Shown: positions 48,530 through 59,359, counted from the first letter of the stretch. The stretch: DNA of 64,000 nt from Methylocystis sp. (GCA_051061385.1 JBPFDX010000094.1:7252-71251), one strand, 5' to 3'. The notes: generated by a model not told the origin, from the sequence alone. A program made the numbers and translations.

Positions 48530-49396
48530 TTACGACGCAGGCGGCTGTTTCGGCAGCAGTCGGAGCCGGCGCGCGGTCAGCCAGTCGATGAGCCGCGCCG
48601 GCAACAGGCTGCGCAGCGTGTAATCGGTGAGGCGATTCCTGACGACGGGAATGCGGACGGGCGGCCGCGGCGCGGTCACCGCCTGCAGCGCCGCCCTTGC
48701 GACCACCTCGGGCCCGGGCGCTTGGCGGCCCTCTTCGACAAGCCAATTCAGCATTCTCCGGCCCGGATCGGCATAAACCGTGCCTGCGAACATGCCGAGA
48801 TCGGTCTCCTCGGCCTTGTCCCAGATCGGCGTTGCGATCATTCCCGGCTCGATCAGGACGACGTCGACGCCATAGACCATCAGCTCGCGGCGCAGCGCGT
48901 CCGACATGCCCTCCAACCCGAATTTCGAGGCGTTGTAGGCGCCAAGGAAGGGCGCCGCGAAACGGCCCGCGACCGAACTCATGTTGACGATGCGGCCGGG
49001 CGGGCCTCGCCGCTCTTCGCCCGCGCCGAGCAGTGGCGCAAAGGCCTGAACGACCCGAAGCTGGCCGATAAGATTGATCTCGAGCTGGCGCCGGAAGTCG
49101 TCGATCGGCAGATGCAGCAGCGGGCCTGGGACGGCGACGCCGGCGTTGTTGACGAGGCCCGCGAGCGTTTGGCCGTCGAGACGCGCCTCGACCTCCCGCG
49201 CCGCGGCCAGGATGGCCTCGCCGTCGGTCACGTCGAAGAGGAGCGGCGCGACGGCGGCGCCGTAGCGCGCGACAAGCTCGGCGGCGTCGGACTCCTTGCG
49301 GACCGACGGGAAAACCAGAAAGCCCTTTTCCACCAAAAGGTCGACGCAGGCCGCGCCAATGCCGGTCGAAGCGCCGGTGACGACGACGGCCCTCAT
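48530..49396 (-). CDS. SDR-family oxidoreductase
   Basis: TGASTGIG, NNAG, YNASK. Confidence 0.92.
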   Translation of the reverse strand: MRAVVVTGASTGIGAACVDLLVEKGFLVFPSVRKESDAAELVARYGAAVAPLLFDVTDGEAILAAAREVEARLDGQTLAGLVNNAGVAVPGPLLHLPIDDFRRQLEINLIGQLRVVQAFAPLLGAGEERRGPPGRIVNMSSVAGRFAAPFLGAYNASKFGLEGMSDALRRELMVYGVDVVLIEPGMIATPIWDKAEETDLGMFAGTVYADPGRRMLNWLVEEGRQAPGPEVVARAALQAVTAPRPPVRIPVVRNRLTDYTLRSLLPARLIDWLTARRLRLLPKQPPAS

Positions 49397-50763
49397 ACGC
49401 GTTCTCCCAGCGCCGCGACAAGCTGGGCGAGCGCCACGCGCGTCTCGCCGTCGGCGCGGCCGTCGACCTTCGCGCGTCGGAAGTGGCGCTGAAACGCCTC
49501 GACCGCCAGGACCGTCTGCGCGTCATAGACGCCGGTCGCATCGACGCGATAGCCGTAGGCGGCGAGATCGCGCTGGAGGGAGGCGACCTTGGCGCCTTCG
49601 TCGCCGAGGGAGACCGTCGTCGCGCCGATGCCCGGGTTTTCCTCCGCGACCCGCCCGACGCCCCGCTGGGCGAGCTCGTCCCAGGGGAAGAATTCGCCGG
49701 GATCGCGCTTGCGGCCGGGCGCGATGTCGGAATGGGCCAGCACGCGTTCCGGCGGTATGGCGCGGCGCCGGGAGATGTCCCTGGCGAGCGCCGCCGTCGC
49801 CTCGATCTGCGCCGCCGGATAGGGCCGCGGGTCGTCGTGGCCAGGGTGAACGATTTCGACGCCGATCGAGGCGGAGTTCATGTCGGTTTCGCCCGCCCAG
49901 AAGCTCTTCCCGGCGTGCCATGCGCGGCGCGACTCCGGCACGAGCTGCAGCACGCGTCCGTCCTCCTCGACGAAATAATGCGCCGAAACCTCAGAGCGCG
50001 GATTGCAGAGCAGGGCGAGCGCCGATTCCGATGTTGGCATGCCCGTGTAATGCAGCACGAGAGACGAGATCGGCCGCAGGCGTTCGCCGTGATTGGGCGA
50101 GGGGCAGACCCTCGCCCCGGCGTAGTCCGGCTCGAAGAAACCCTGGCCGTTGCGCCAGGGCTGCGTCGCGGAAAGCCATTCCCGCGTGCGCGCCTCGGGC
50201 TCCGAGCTGCGCAAAATGTCGGTGACGACGCAGGCGCTGTCGGCGCCGGCGGCGAGCGCGGCGATCGCGCGCTCGGGCGTCAGCCCGCCGATCGCGACAA
50301 GCGGCGTCTCGCCGATCCGCGCCTTCCAGTCGCCGATCCGGGCGAGCCCCTGCGGCGCAAAAGCCATCTGTTTCAGCAGCGTCGGATAGATCGGCCCGAG
50401 CGCGACATAGTCGGCCGCAAGAGAGAGCGCCCGGTCGAATTCGGCCTGGTCGTGCGTCGAAACGCCGATCCTGACGCCGGCGCGGCGCAGCGCTGGAACA
50501 TCGGCCGAATCGAGATCGCCCTGACCGAGATGCACGAAGTCGCAGCCTTCTTCGATCGCGAGCCGCCAGTAGTCGTTGACGACGAGTTGCGCGCCATATC
50601 GCGCGCAGATATCCCGCGCGCTCGCGATCTGCGCGCGCACGTCAGTTTCGGCGCGATCCTTCACCCGCAGCTGCACGAGTTTGACGCCCTGCGGCAGCAG
50701 GCGGGACAGCCAGTCAGCGTCGTCGACGATGAGATAGAAGGGATCGAGCTTCAGCGCCGCCAT
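49393..50763 (-). CDS. thiE: Thiamine-phosphate synthase fused to Zn N-acetylmuramoyl-L-alanine amidase (Amidase_2) and PG-binding domain
   Basis: ThiE motifs QLRVK, VNDY, HLGQ, PTLLK, AIGG; then SPNHGER, LHYT, SAHY, AWHAG, GVEI, HSDIAPGRKRDPG, AFQRHFR. Confidence 0.9.
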   Translation of the reverse strand: MAALKLDPFYLIVDDADWLSRLLPQGVKLVQLRVKDRAETDVRAQIASARDICARYGAQLVVNDYWRLAIEEGCDFVHLGQGDLDSADVPALRRAGVRIGVSTHDQAEFDRALSLAADYVALGPIYPTLLKQMAFAPQGLARIGDWKARIGETPLVAIGGLTPERAIAALAAGADSACVVTDILRSSEPEARTREWLSATQPWRNGQGFFEPDYAGARVCPSPNHGERLRPISSLVLHYTGMPTSESALALLCNPRSEVSAHYFVEEDGRVLQLVPESRRAWHAGKSFWAGETDMNSASIGVEIVHPGHDDPRPYPAAQIEATAALARDISRRRAIPPERVLAHSDIAPGRKRDPGEFFPWDELAQRGVGRVAEENPGIGATTVSLGDEGAKVASLQRDLAAYGYRVDATGVYDAQTVLAVEAFQRHFRRAKVDGRADGETRVALAQLVAALGERV

Positions 50764-50767
50764 CGGC

Positions 50768-51556
50768 TCAGGCCAGCCTGTCGAAGGGCCGGCCGATCAC
50801 CGGCGTCGATGGCTCCGCCATGTCGCGCGGCGTCATCGGCTGGGCTCTGTACCCCGCGCGGCCCGCTTCGATCGCGAGGGCGAAGGCGCGCGCCATCAGC
50901 ACCGGGTCGCCGGCGCGCGAGACGGCGGTGTTGAGCAGCACAGCGTCGTAGCCCATCTCCATCACCAGCGCGGCGTGGGACGGCGCGCCGAGCCCGGCGT
51001 CGACGATGAGCGGCGTGTCGGGAAAATGCGCGCGCAGCGCTCTCAAGGCGAAGGCGTCGTTGACGCCGCGACCGGAGCCGATCGGCGCGGCCCAAGGCAT
51101 CAGCACGCGGCAGCCGGCGTCGAGCAGCTTCTCCGCCACCACGAGATCGTCCGTCGTATAGGGAAAGACTTTGAAACCGTCGTCCGCCAGCGCGCGGGCC
51201 GCTTCGACGAGCCCGAAAACGTCGGGCTGCAGCGTGTCCTCCTCGCCGATCACCTCGAGCTTGATCCAGTCGGTCGCGAAAACTTCGCGCGCCATCTGGG
51301 CGGTGGCGATCGCTTCCTTCGCCGTGCGGCAGCCGGCCGTGTTCGGCAGCACGCGCACGCCGATGTCGCGGATCAGGCTCCAGAAGCTCTCGCCCCCGCG
51401 CGCGCCGCCGGCTTCGCGGCGCAGCGATACGGTGACGATCTCGCAGCCTGACGCGCGAATCGCCTCGGCGAGAATGGCCGGCGACGGATAGCGCGCGGTG
51501 CCGAGCAGCAGCCGCGACGACAGCGCGACGTCGTAAAGCGTCACCCGATCATTCAT
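50768..51556 (-). CDS. thiG: Thiazole synthase
   Basis: [41 protein letters not shown]. Confidence 0.96.
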   Translation of the reverse strand: MNDRVTLYDVALSSRLLLGTARYPSPAILAEAIRASGCEIVTVSLRREAGGARGGESFWSLIRDIGVRVLPNTAGCRTAKEAIATAQMAREVFATDWIKLEVIGEEDTLQPDVFGLVEAARALADDGFKVFPYTTDDLVVAEKLLDAGCRVLMPWAAPIGSGRGVNDAFALRALRAHFPDTPLIVDAGLGAPSHAALVMEMGYDAVLLNTAVSRAGDPVLMARAFALAIEAGRAGYRAQPMTPRDMAEPSTPVIGRPFDRLA

Positions 51557-51568
51557 TCGCCAACTCGC

Positions 51569-51766
51569 TCACCCGCCCTGCCGCGGCGTCACGATCTCGA
51601 CCGCGTCGCCCTCGCGCAGCGGCGTCTCGGCGCGATCCTTGGCGCGCACGAACTCCTGGTTCAGAGCGGTGCCGACCGTCTTTTCGTCATATCCCAGTTC
51701 GAGCAGCAGCGTTTGCAACGTCGTCGCGCGGACATCCTGCGGGCGGCCGTTGATTTGAATCATCAT
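51569..51766 (-). CDS. thiS: Thiamine sulfur-carrier protein
   Basis: 65 aa ubiquitin-like fold ending PRQGG. Confidence 0.93.
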   Translation of the reverse strand: MMIQINGRPQDVRATTLQTLLLELGYDEKTVGTALNQEFVRAKDRAETPLREGDAVEIVTPRQGG

Positions 51767-52745
51767 CCATCACCTCTGGGAAATATGCGTCGCTCACGAC
51801 GACCTCCGCCGCGCGGCGCGCCAGCGCCGGCGCAAGCAGGAACCCGTGGCGGTAGAAGCCATTGATATAGAGTGTGCGACCGCGCTTCAAAAGGCGCGGC
51901 AGATTGTCCGCGAAGGCGGGTCGCAGGTCCGAGCCCATCTCGACGATCTCGGCTTCCGCGAAAGCCGGGTGGATCGCGAAGGCCGAATTGACGAGTTCGA
52001 CGACCGAGCGCGCTGTGACCCGCGCGCGCTCCTCATTCTCGATCATCGTCGCGCCGATCATGAACAGCCCGTCGCCGCGAGGCACGACATAAACCGGTCG
52101 TCGCGGATGCAGCATGCGCACCGGGCGCGCCAGGGAAATCTCCTCGCTGCGCAGGATCAGCATTTCGCCCTTCACGCCGCGCAAGCCGGGAAGCGCGTCG
52201 CGCGCCGCGAAGCCGCGGCAGTCGATGGTCCAGTCGGGGATCGTCGCCAGCGCCGCGGCGTCCTGCTGAAAATGCAGCGTCACATTCGGCGCCTTCGCGA
52301 GACGCTGCGTCAGCGCGGCAAGCGCCGCGCGTGGATCGAGATGCGCTTCTTGCGGGAAAAAAAGCGCCGCGTCGAAGCGCCCCGCCAGATCCGGCTCAAG
52401 CGCCGCGATTGCGTTGCCATCCAGCGCCTCGAAATGGCGCGTGCGCCGCGCGAAGTCGGCGAGTTCGGCGCGCTCGCGGGCGGGCGCGACGACGAGGCTG
52501 CCGGCGACCGTGGCGACGCTGAGCTCGCGCGACCAGAAGTCGAGCGCCTCTTCGCCGAGAGTCGCGACCAGCGGCTCGGCGCTTTCCAGTTCGCACCAGG
52601 GCGCGATCATGCCGCCGGCGAAGCGCGAGCAGCCGAGGCCGGCGGCCGGCTCGCGTTCGACGATCTCGACGTCGACGCCCTTTCGCGCGAGGGCGTCGGC
52701 CGCGCAAAGGCCGGCGACGCCGGCGCCGATTACGCGCGCCAGCAC
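51687..52745 (-). CDS. thiO: Glycine oxidase
   Basis: GAGVAG, AGGMIAP, RGVKGE, GATM, RPAFADNLP, NGFYRHG. Confidence 0.92.
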   Translation of the reverse strand: MLARVIGAGVAGLCAADALARKGVDVEIVEREPAAGLGCSRFAGGMIAPWCELESAEPLVATLGEEALDFWSRELSVATVAGSLVVAPARERAELADFARRTRHFEALDGNAIAALEPDLAGRFDAALFFPQEAHLDPRAALAALTQRLAKAPNVTLHFQQDAAALATIPDWTIDCRGFAARDALPGLRGVKGEMLILRSEEISLARPVRMLHPRRPVYVVPRGDGLFMIGATMIENEERARVTARSVVELVNSAFAIHPAFAEAEIVEMGSDLRPAFADNLPRLLKRGRTLYINGFYRHGFLLAPALARRAAEVVVSDAYFPEVMDDDSNQRPPAGCPRDDVANAAARTGI

Positions 52746-52775
52746 GAACGGCGCCTTTCTGCGATATGCGCTGAC

Positions 52776-52906
52776 ACCATCCCTCCGCCAGTCTCAACTG
52801 GATCAGGTTCGAAGGGTCGCCGCGCCCGCGCCTCGCGGCGCTTTCTGCGGCCTCTCAGCCCCTTGGCGGCGCATAGCGGCGCGCCTCCGGCAGGGCTCCC
52901 CCGGCC
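52776..52906 (-). promoter_or_regulatory. TPP riboswitch
   Basis: GGGGAGCCC...GGCTGAGA...GACCCTTCGAACCTGATCCAGTTGAGACTGGCGGAGGGA upstream of thiO. Confidence 0.95.
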
Positions 52907-53058
52907 CGCCTAGGCTCGCGCGAAAGAACGGCGCCAGTCAAGCGCGGCGCAGGGTTTTCCGCGCGCAAGGGAGCGCCGGGACTTGCCAGACATCAAGCGA
53001 TGGCTCAGTTTGCCATCAGAACAGTGCGCGAAAAGCGCGGTTTCCAGGGAGAGAAATC

Positions 53059-53616
53059 ATGGCCTTCATTCGCCGTGCGGCGAGCGTCCGCACGTTGCTC
53101 ATCGGCTCCGTTTTCGCCGCCGCGCTCGGCTGCGCAGGCTGGACGGCGCCAGCCGAGGCCGCGCCGCTCGGCCAATATTTCCCCATTCCGAATTCCTTGA
53201 CCCTCAGCGGCGTGGCGCGCGACTCGCTCATCAAAATTCAGACGAAATGGCTGCAGAACGGCCTCGACAATCTCAAGAAGGCGCGCGCCGAGGCGGAAAC
53301 GGCCGGCTCCGAGGAAAACGTAAAGAAGTTCGATGCGATGATCGCGGAGACTCAGGAAGAGCTGGCGCTATCGGAAAACAATGATTCGTCGCACGAGATT
53401 CAGCGCGAGCGCAAACGCAAGTTGATGCTCAACCTCAATCAATGGATCAACGAACTCAATCGCCTCGCCACCGAGCAGATGAAGATCGCGATCTTGAAGG
53501 ACGGCGCCGAGGCGATGGCGGCTCAAAACCGCAACTACCAACTGTCGGAACAGGCGGACAATCTCGAAAAGGCCAAGCGCGATCCGAGCATCGAGGACTG
53601 GGGCGAGACGAAGTAA
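53059..53616 (+). CDS. Secreted all-helical hypothetical protein
   Basis: Signal peptide ending AEA-A; GGGAG RBS; coiled-coil-like body; only the 3' end of the 400-aa track ORF. Confidence 0.8.
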   Translation: MAFIRRAASVRTLLIGSVFAAALGCAGWTAPAEAAPLGQYFPIPNSLTLSGVARDSLIKIQTKWLQNGLDNLKKARAEAETAGSEENVKKFDAMIAETQEELALSENNDSSHEIQRERKRKLMLNLNQWINELNRLATEQMKIAILKDGAEAMAAQNRNYQLSEQADNLEKAKRDPSIEDWGETK

Positions 53617-53631
53617 GACCGCGTTGACGGT

Positions 53632-54015
53632 CTAGAAAATCCCGTCCGGCGACGCGGCGGGCTGGGACAGCTCGCCGTTGAGCTTCACGATCCGGCGCGT
53701 GGCGTCCGCGAGCGCCTGGGCCGCGCGCGCCGACAGCGAGTCGTTCGCCTTGCGTGCGGCTTCGAGTTCGGCGCGCAGCGCAGCGATCTCGGCGTCCTTC
53801 GATATCGCTTTTGCGCGGGCCTCCTTCGCTTCGTCGGCGATGGTGAGCGCCGCCATGACGATGATGCGCTGCTCGCCGATCTCGCCGAAGCTCTCGCGCA
53901 TCGACTGAATCTTGCTTTCGACGAACTGGGCGAGCTCTTCGATGCGCTGCTCCTCGCCGTCGTCGCAAGACATGCGATAGGTGCGGCCGGCGATGGAGAC
54001 GACGACGGCGGCCAT
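53632..54015 (-). CDS. zapA: Cell division protein ZapA
   Basis: VSIAGRTYRMSCDDGEE, VMAALTIADE. Confidence 0.9.
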   Translation of the reverse strand: MAAVVVSIAGRTYRMSCDDGEEQRIEELAQFVESKIQSMRESFGEIGEQRIIVMAALTIADEAKEARAKAISKDAEIAALRAELEAARKANDSLSARAAQALADATRRIVKLNGELSQPAASPDGIF

Positions 54016-54016
54016 G

Positions 54017-54340
54017 TCAGTCCTCTTGAGTAGGGGCGACGCCCGCCGCGCCGAGGGCGGCGGCGACGCCTTCGCTCGCCGTTTCGAGGCGACGCAGCAC
54101 CTCGTCGCGGCTCTTTTCCAGCGCGTTCTGCCGCGTGAGCGCTGCATCCAGATCGAGCGCGAGGCGCGATCGGTCGTCCTGCATGATGGCGAGTTCTTCT
54201 TCGAGCTCGGCGCTGGAGACTTCGTCTTCGAGCTTTGCGGCGACGGTTCGCTCCAGCTGCGCGAGCGCTGTCTGCAGCTCGGCTACCGAGGCCTCCAGCC
54301 TCTTGGCGTTTTCGTCGTCGCGCTTATCTGAATGGTTCAT
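54017..54340 (-). CDS. DUF4164 coiled-coil protein
   Basis: EEELAIMQDDRSRLA; typical position upstream of zapA. Confidence 0.75.
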   Translation of the reverse strand: MNHSDKRDDENAKRLEASVAELQTALAQLERTVAAKLEDEVSSAELEEELAIMQDDRSRLALDLDAALTRQNALEKSRDEVLRRLETASEGVAAALGAAGVAPTQED

Positions 54341-54463
54341 CGCCGGTCGCGGGAGTTGCATGGCTTTCGGGCGCGGCGAACGCGCCGGGCGATTCGCTTG
54401 CCAGCCTGTTCCTAGCATGAATCGCGCAAATCCAAACCGCGCCAAATCGCGCGGCGGCCCGCG

Positions 54464-54491
54464 TTGACAGGGGGGCGCGAGGTGCTATCAC
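54464..54491 (+). promoter_or_regulatory. Sigma70 promoter of gap-pgk
   Basis: TTGACA-N16-TATCAC with extended TG. Confidence 0.5.
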
Positions 54492-54563
54492 ACGCTCGCA
54501 GCTAGGGCCGCAGGCTTGACGGGCGGGGGCCGACAATTCCGGCGCCGCAAGGAGATTTTCCAA

Positions 54564-55571
54564 ATGAGCGTGAGAGTGGCGATCAATGGGTTCGGGCGCA
54601 TCGGCCGGAACATCCTGCGCTATATCATCGAGACCGGACGCACGGACCTCGAAGTCGTCGCTATCAACGATCTGGGCCCTGTCGAGACCAATGCGCATCT
54701 TCTTCGCTATGATTCCGTGCATGGCCGCTTCCCGCATGAGGTGAAAGTCGCCGGCGACACGATCGACGTCGGCCGCGGGCCGATCAAAGTGACCGCCATC
54801 AAGAATCCGGCGGAGCTTCCTTACAAGGACCTCAATATCGACGTTGCGCTGGAATGCACCGGCCTTTTCACCGCGCGCGACAAGGCGAAGCTGCTGCTCG
54901 ATGCGGGCGCGAAGCGCGTGCTCGTCTCGGCGCCCGCGGACGGCGCCGACATTACGGTCGTCTACGGCGTCAATCACGACAAGATCACGAAGGACCATCT
55001 CGTCATCTCCAACGCGTCCTGCACGACGAACTGCCTCGCGCCGGTCGCCAAGGTGCTGCATGAAGCGATTGGCATCGAGAAGGGGATCATGACGACGATC
55101 CACTCCTATACGGGCGATCAGCCGACACTCGACACGATGCACAAGGATCTCTATCGCGCCCGCGCGGCGGCGCTGTCGATGATCCCGACGTCGACGGGCG
55201 CGGCGAAAGCCGTCGGACTCGTGCTGCCGGAGCTCAACGGCAAACTCGACGGCTACGCCATCCGCGTGCCGACTCCAAATGTCTCGGCCGTGGATCTGAA
55301 ATTCGTGGCCAAGCGCCCAACGACGAAGGACGAGGTGCACGCCGCGATCAAGGCGGCGGCCGACGGTCCGCTCAAGGGCGTGCTCGGCTATACGAACGAG
55401 AAGCTCGTTTCGATCGACTTCAACCACAACCCGCTGTCTTCCTGCTTCCATCTCGACCAGACCAAGGTCCTTGACGGCAATCTCGTGTCGATCCTGTCCT
55501 GGTACGACAATGAGTGGGGATTCTCCGGCCGCATGAGTGATGTGGCGAGCGTGATCGGAAAGCTCCTCTAA
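54564..55571 (+). CDS. gap: Glyceraldehyde-3-phosphate dehydrogenase
   Basis: [25 protein letters not shown]. Confidence 0.98.
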   Translation: MSVRVAINGFGRIGRNILRYIIETGRTDLEVVAINDLGPVETNAHLLRYDSVHGRFPHEVKVAGDTIDVGRGPIKVTAIKNPAELPYKDLNIDVALECTGLFTARDKAKLLLDAGAKRVLVSAPADGADITVVYGVNHDKITKDHLVISNASCTTNCLAPVAKVLHEAIGIEKGIMTTIHSYTGDQPTLDTMHKDLYRARAAALSMIPTSTGAAKAVGLVLPELNGKLDGYAIRVPTPNVSAVDLKFVAKRPTTKDEVHAAIKAAADGPLKGVLGYTNEKLVSIDFNHNPLSSCFHLDQTKVLDGNLVSILSWYDNEWGFSGRMSDVASVIGKLL

Positions 55572-55644
55572 GCTCACCGCAATCATTGTGACGCGGGCCT
55601 CACGGTCCGCGTCTCTTTTTCAAGCTGTGATTGGAACGTCTGCT

Positions 55645-56850
55645 ATGACCGCCTTCCGCACACTCGACGACGCCGACGTCAGGGGCAAGCGCGTGCTGTT
55701 GCGCGTCGATCTCAACGTGCCGATGGAGGAAGGCCGCGTCACCGACGCGACGCGCATCGAGCGCGCGCTTCCGACGATCAATGAGATCGCGGAAAAAGGC
55801 GGCAGGATCATTCTGCTGTCGCATTTCGGGCGGCCGAAGGGACAGCGCGTCGACGAGGACTCGCTGCGCCATGTCGTCCCGGCCCTTGAACATTATCTCA
55901 AACGCAAGATCGCCTTCGCTGAAGATTGCGTTGGAGAGGACGCCGCGCGCATCGTCGGCGCGCTCAAGGACGGCGACGTCGCGCTGCTCGAGAACACGCG
56001 CTTTCATAAAGGCGAAGAAAAGAACGCCGAGGAATTCGCGCAGGCGCTCGCGAAGAATGGCGACATCTTCGTCAGCGACGCCTTTTCGGCGGCGCATCGC
56101 GCCCACGCCTCCACGGAGGGCATAACGCACAAACTGCCGGCCTTCGCCGGGCGCGCCATGCAGGCGGAGCTCGAAGCGCTGCAATCGGCGCTCGCCAGCC
56201 CGCAGCGGCCTGTAATGGCGATCGTTGGCGGCGCGAAAGTCTCGACGAAGCTCGAACTCCTGGGCAATCTCGTCGAGAAGGTCGATTACCTCGTCATTGG
56301 CGGCGGCATGGCGAACACCTTCCTCGCCGCGCAAGGCAAGGCCGTCGGCAAGTCGCTGTGCGAACATGATCTCGCCGGGGCCGCGCGCGACATACTCGCC
56401 AAGGCCGAGAAGGTGGGCTGCAAGATCGTTCTGCCGATCGACGCCACGGTGGCGCAGAAGTTCGAGGCGCACGCGCCCTCGCACATCGTCTCGGTCGATC
56501 ACGTCGGCGAAAACGACATGATCCTGGACGTGGGCCCGAAGTCGATCGCCCATGTCGAGTCGCTGCTCGCCAAGTGCAAGACGCTCGTTTGGAACGGTCC
56601 GTTCGGCGCGTTCGAACTGCCGCCCTTCGATGAGGGCACGAACGCCGTTGCGCAGACGGCGGCGCGGCTCACCGTTGAAGGCAAGCTGCTCTCGATCGCC
56701 GGCGGCGGCGACACGGTCGCGGCGCTCAATCAGGCGCATGCCGCGCAGGAATTTTCCTATGTGTCGACGGCCGGCGGCGCTTTCCTTGAATGGCTCGAGG
56801 GCAAGACGCTGCCTGGCGTCGCGGCGCTCACGCAATCTGCGCAACGCTGA
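55645..56850 (+). CDS. pgk: Phosphoglycerate kinase
   Basis: [39 protein letters not shown]. Confidence 0.98.
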   Translation: MTAFRTLDDADVRGKRVLLRVDLNVPMEEGRVTDATRIERALPTINEIAEKGGRIILLSHFGRPKGQRVDEDSLRHVVPALEHYLKRKIAFAEDCVGEDAARIVGALKDGDVALLENTRFHKGEEKNAEEFAQALAKNGDIFVSDAFSAAHRAHASTEGITHKLPAFAGRAMQAELEALQSALASPQRPVMAIVGGAKVSTKLELLGNLVEKVDYLVIGGGMANTFLAAQGKAVGKSLCEHDLAGAARDILAKAEKVGCKIVLPIDATVAQKFEAHAPSHIVSVDHVGENDMILDVGPKSIAHVESLLAKCKTLVWNGPFGAFELPPFDEGTNAVAQTAARLTVEGKLLSIAGGGDTVAALNQAHAAQEFSYVSTAGGAFLEWLEGKTLPGVAALTQSAQR

Positions 56851-56920
56851 GCCGGTCGCCGCGAAGAGAGGCCGCGGACGCGGACGCGCCAATAGGCGAA
56901 CGTCCGCGTCTCAGGGCGAG

Positions 56921-57406
56921 CTAGAGACGGGCGAGCGTCGCTTCGGCCGTGGACACCGTCGCCTCGCCTGAATTGTCCTCGACATTGATCCATTTGACGA
57001 CGCCGTCGTCGATCAGCGCCGAGTAGCGCTTGCCGCGCACGCCCAGTCCGGGCTCGGTGAGATCGAGTTCGAGCCCGAGCGCCTTGGCGAAGGTCGCCGA
57101 GCCGTCCGCGAGCGCGTCGATCTTGCCGCCGCCGCCAGACTCCTTGAGCCATGCGTCCAGCGCGAAGATGTCGTTGACCGCCGTGACCGCCACGGCGTCG
57201 ACGCCCTTCGATTTGATTTCATCCGCCTTGGCGATGAAGCCCGGCAGATGTTTCTTATGGCAGGTCGGCGTATAAGCTCCGGGAACGCTGAAGAGCGCCA
57301 CCCGGCGTCCGGCGAAATAGTCCTTTGTGTTAACCGACTCGGGCCCATTCTTGCCCATCACGGTCAGCTTTACGTCGGGAAGTCGGTCTCCAGCTTTAAT
57401 GGTCAT
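56921..57406 (-). CDS. Peroxiredoxin (Prx5/redoxin type)
   Basis: PGAYTPTC peroxidatic Cys, KRYSAL. Confidence 0.93.
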   Translation of the reverse strand: MTIKAGDRLPDVKLTVMGKNGPESVNTKDYFAGRRVALFSVPGAYTPTCHKKHLPGFIAKADEIKSKGVDAVAVTAVNDIFALDAWLKESGGGGKIDALADGSATFAKALGLELDLTEPGLGVRGKRYSALIDDGVVKWINVEDNSGEATVSTAEATLARL

Positions 57407-57571
57407 GCCAATCTCGCTCTCGATGAAGGTAAGGCTCAGTCTAGATAGCGCGCTTTTCGCGGCCGTGTCGCGTTGACCGACGTGTTTGCAACCGCACTTG
57501 TGAGGCTCGCGACCGCGAGTCAACATGACGCGAGCGGCTGGCGCAGACAATCGTCTTTGGAGGAGGGGCCA

Positions 57572-58099
57572 ATGTCGGATTCTCGAAATGATGGAAGCGG
57601 CGAGACGCCGCCCGCCGCGTGGGTATGGAGCCAGTATCGCGGCGTTAACCCGGATTCGCCTGGGCGCCGGCCGCCTCTCCTCACGAAGAAAAGCGTGCAG
57701 ACGCCGCCGCCCCGGCCCGCAGCCGATCCGCCACCGCCGCGGCGCGCCGGTGGAGGCGGCGGCGGCGGGGGCATCGCATTCCTGGTCGCGCTCGCGATCC
57801 TGACGCTGGCGGCCGCGTCATGGTGGCTCGCCGCCTCGCGCTCGCCGCCGCCCGCGCCGGACGCGCAGCCGGTCGAAGAGAGCGGTGCGCCGGGCGCGCC
57901 GCCGTCAGAACCTGAACCAACGGCGCCGCCGCCCCAATCAGACGCCGCGCCGCCGCCGCCGCAGGAAGCCGCCCCGCCCGCGCCGCCGCCAGCTGCGCCG
58001 GTCGCGACGCCCCCGTCCGATCAGCGCGCGACGCCCACCAGCAGGGCCACGGAGCCCCGCTCGACGCGGAAGAAGCAGAAGAAGCCGCGTCGCCAATAG
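57572..58099 (+). CDS. Proline-rich single-pass membrane protein
   Basis: GGAGGAGG RBS; TM helix IAFLVALAILTLAAASWWLA; Pro-rich tail. Confidence 0.7.
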   Translation: MSDSRNDGSGETPPAAWVWSQYRGVNPDSPGRRPPLLTKKSVQTPPPRPAADPPPPRRAGGGGGGGGIAFLVALAILTLAAASWWLAASRSPPPAPDAQPVEESGAPGAPPSEPEPTAPPPQSDAAPPPPQEAAPPAPPPAAPVATPPSDQRATPTSRATEPRSTRKKQKKPRRQ

Positions 58100-58106
58100 G
58101 CGCCGG

Positions 58107-58541
58107 TCAGGTGCGCCAGGGATGCTCAGGCAGGTCGCAGACCCCGAGCGTCTCGACGCCCGCCTGCGCGACCGCATGATCATTTTCCACTGAGGAGCCG
58201 CTGACCCCTATGGCGCCGATCATGACGCCGTCAGCGTCGACGATGGGGAGTCCGCCGGGGAAAGTGATGAGCCCGTCGTTCGAATGCTCGATGCCGTAGA
58301 GCGGGCCGCCGGGCTGCGAGAGCTTGCCGATCTGGCCGGTCGGCATGCCGAAGAAGACGGCGGTCTTCGCCTTTTTCATCGCGATGTCGATGCTGCCGAC
58401 CCAGGCGTCGTCCATCCGTTCGAAGGCTTTGAGAACGCCGCCGGAGTCGACGACGGCGATGCACATCTGGGTTTTCAGCTCGATCGCCTTCCGGCGCGCG
58501 GCGGCGATCGCTTTGTCCGCCTGGTCAATCGAAACATGCAT
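58107..58541 (-). CDS. Heme-binding GlcG/HbpS-family protein
   Basis: [30 protein letters not shown]. Confidence 0.9.
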   Translation of the reverse strand: MHVSIDQADKAIAAARRKAIELKTQMCIAVVDSGGVLKAFERMDDAWVGSIDIAMKKAKTAVFFGMPTGQIGKLSQPGGPLYGIEHSNDGLITFPGGLPIVDADGVMIGAIGVSGSSVENDHAVAQAGVETLGVCDLPEHPWRT

Positions 58542-58630
58542 TCGCCGATCTCCCCTTTTTTGAAAACAGCCGTATCGGCCTCCGCACGAAGCTAGAGCGC
58601 TAGCCCGCGGCGGGGATGCCGACGTGACGA

Positions 58631-59359
58631 TTAATTCGGAGCTGACTCCAGCGCGCGCGAGATCAGCGCCTTGGCCTCGGGACTGTCCCAGGCGGCGGGA
58701 CCGTTCATCAGCCCGATCTGGCACCCGTCAGGGCCGATCAGCAGCGTGGTCGGCAGGCCCAGGGCTTTGCCCGCCTGCTTCATCTCGAAGAAAATATTGG
58801 CCTTCGGATCGCCGTAAAAGGTCAGCGACTTGACGCCGGTCTCAGCGAGAAAAGCCTTCGGCCGTTCGAGGCGTGACGTGTCGACGTTCACCGCGACCAC
58901 TTGGAAGTTCTGACCGGCGAAGGCTTCCTGCAGCCGGTCGAGCGCCGGCATCTCGGCGCGGCAGGGCACGCACCAGGTGGCCCAGATGTTGAGGAGCGCC
59001 GTCTTGCCTTTGAACGAGCCGAGCGACACCGGCGCGCCGTCGGGCCCCTCGAAGGCGTAATCGGTCAGCGGCTGCGGCTTTGTGGCGATGGTCATCGCCG
59101 CGACTTCGCCCTTCGCAAGATCTTTCACATTGGCCGCGATCCTGGCCGATGTCGCGCAGGCGGCGCTGACGTCGGGCGCCGGAGCCGCGCTCTGATCGGC
59201 CGTTCCGGCGGGCGCGCCTTCCTTGATGGCGCTTGCAGGCGGTTTCTTGCCGCCCATGCTGCCGATCACGTATAGAAGCGCCACGCCCGCCGCCATGGTT
59301 ATCAAGGCCGCCTTCGCGACAAACAGGAACGATCGCTTCGGCGGCGGCGGTTTCGGCAT
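58631..59359 (-). CDS. tlpA: TlpA-type thiol:disulfide interchange protein
   Basis: [21 protein letters not shown]; N-terminal TM anchor; divergent from argH. Confidence 0.9.
   Translation of the reverse strand: MPKPPPPKRSFLFVAKAALITMAAGVALLYVIGSMGGKKPPASAIKEGAPAGTADQSAAPAPDVSAACATSARIAANVKDLAKGEVAAMTIATKPQPLTDYAFEGPDGAPVSLGSFKGKTALLNIWATWCVPCRAEMPALDRLQEAFAGQNFQVVAVNVDTSRLERPKAFLAETGVKSLTFYGDPKANIFFEMKQAGKALGLPTTLLIGPDGCQIGLMNGPAAWDSPEAKALISRALESAPN

Noticed and set aside
53617-53631. 6S RNA expected downstream of zapA
   Set aside because: Only 15 nt separate zapA from the convergent gene; no room
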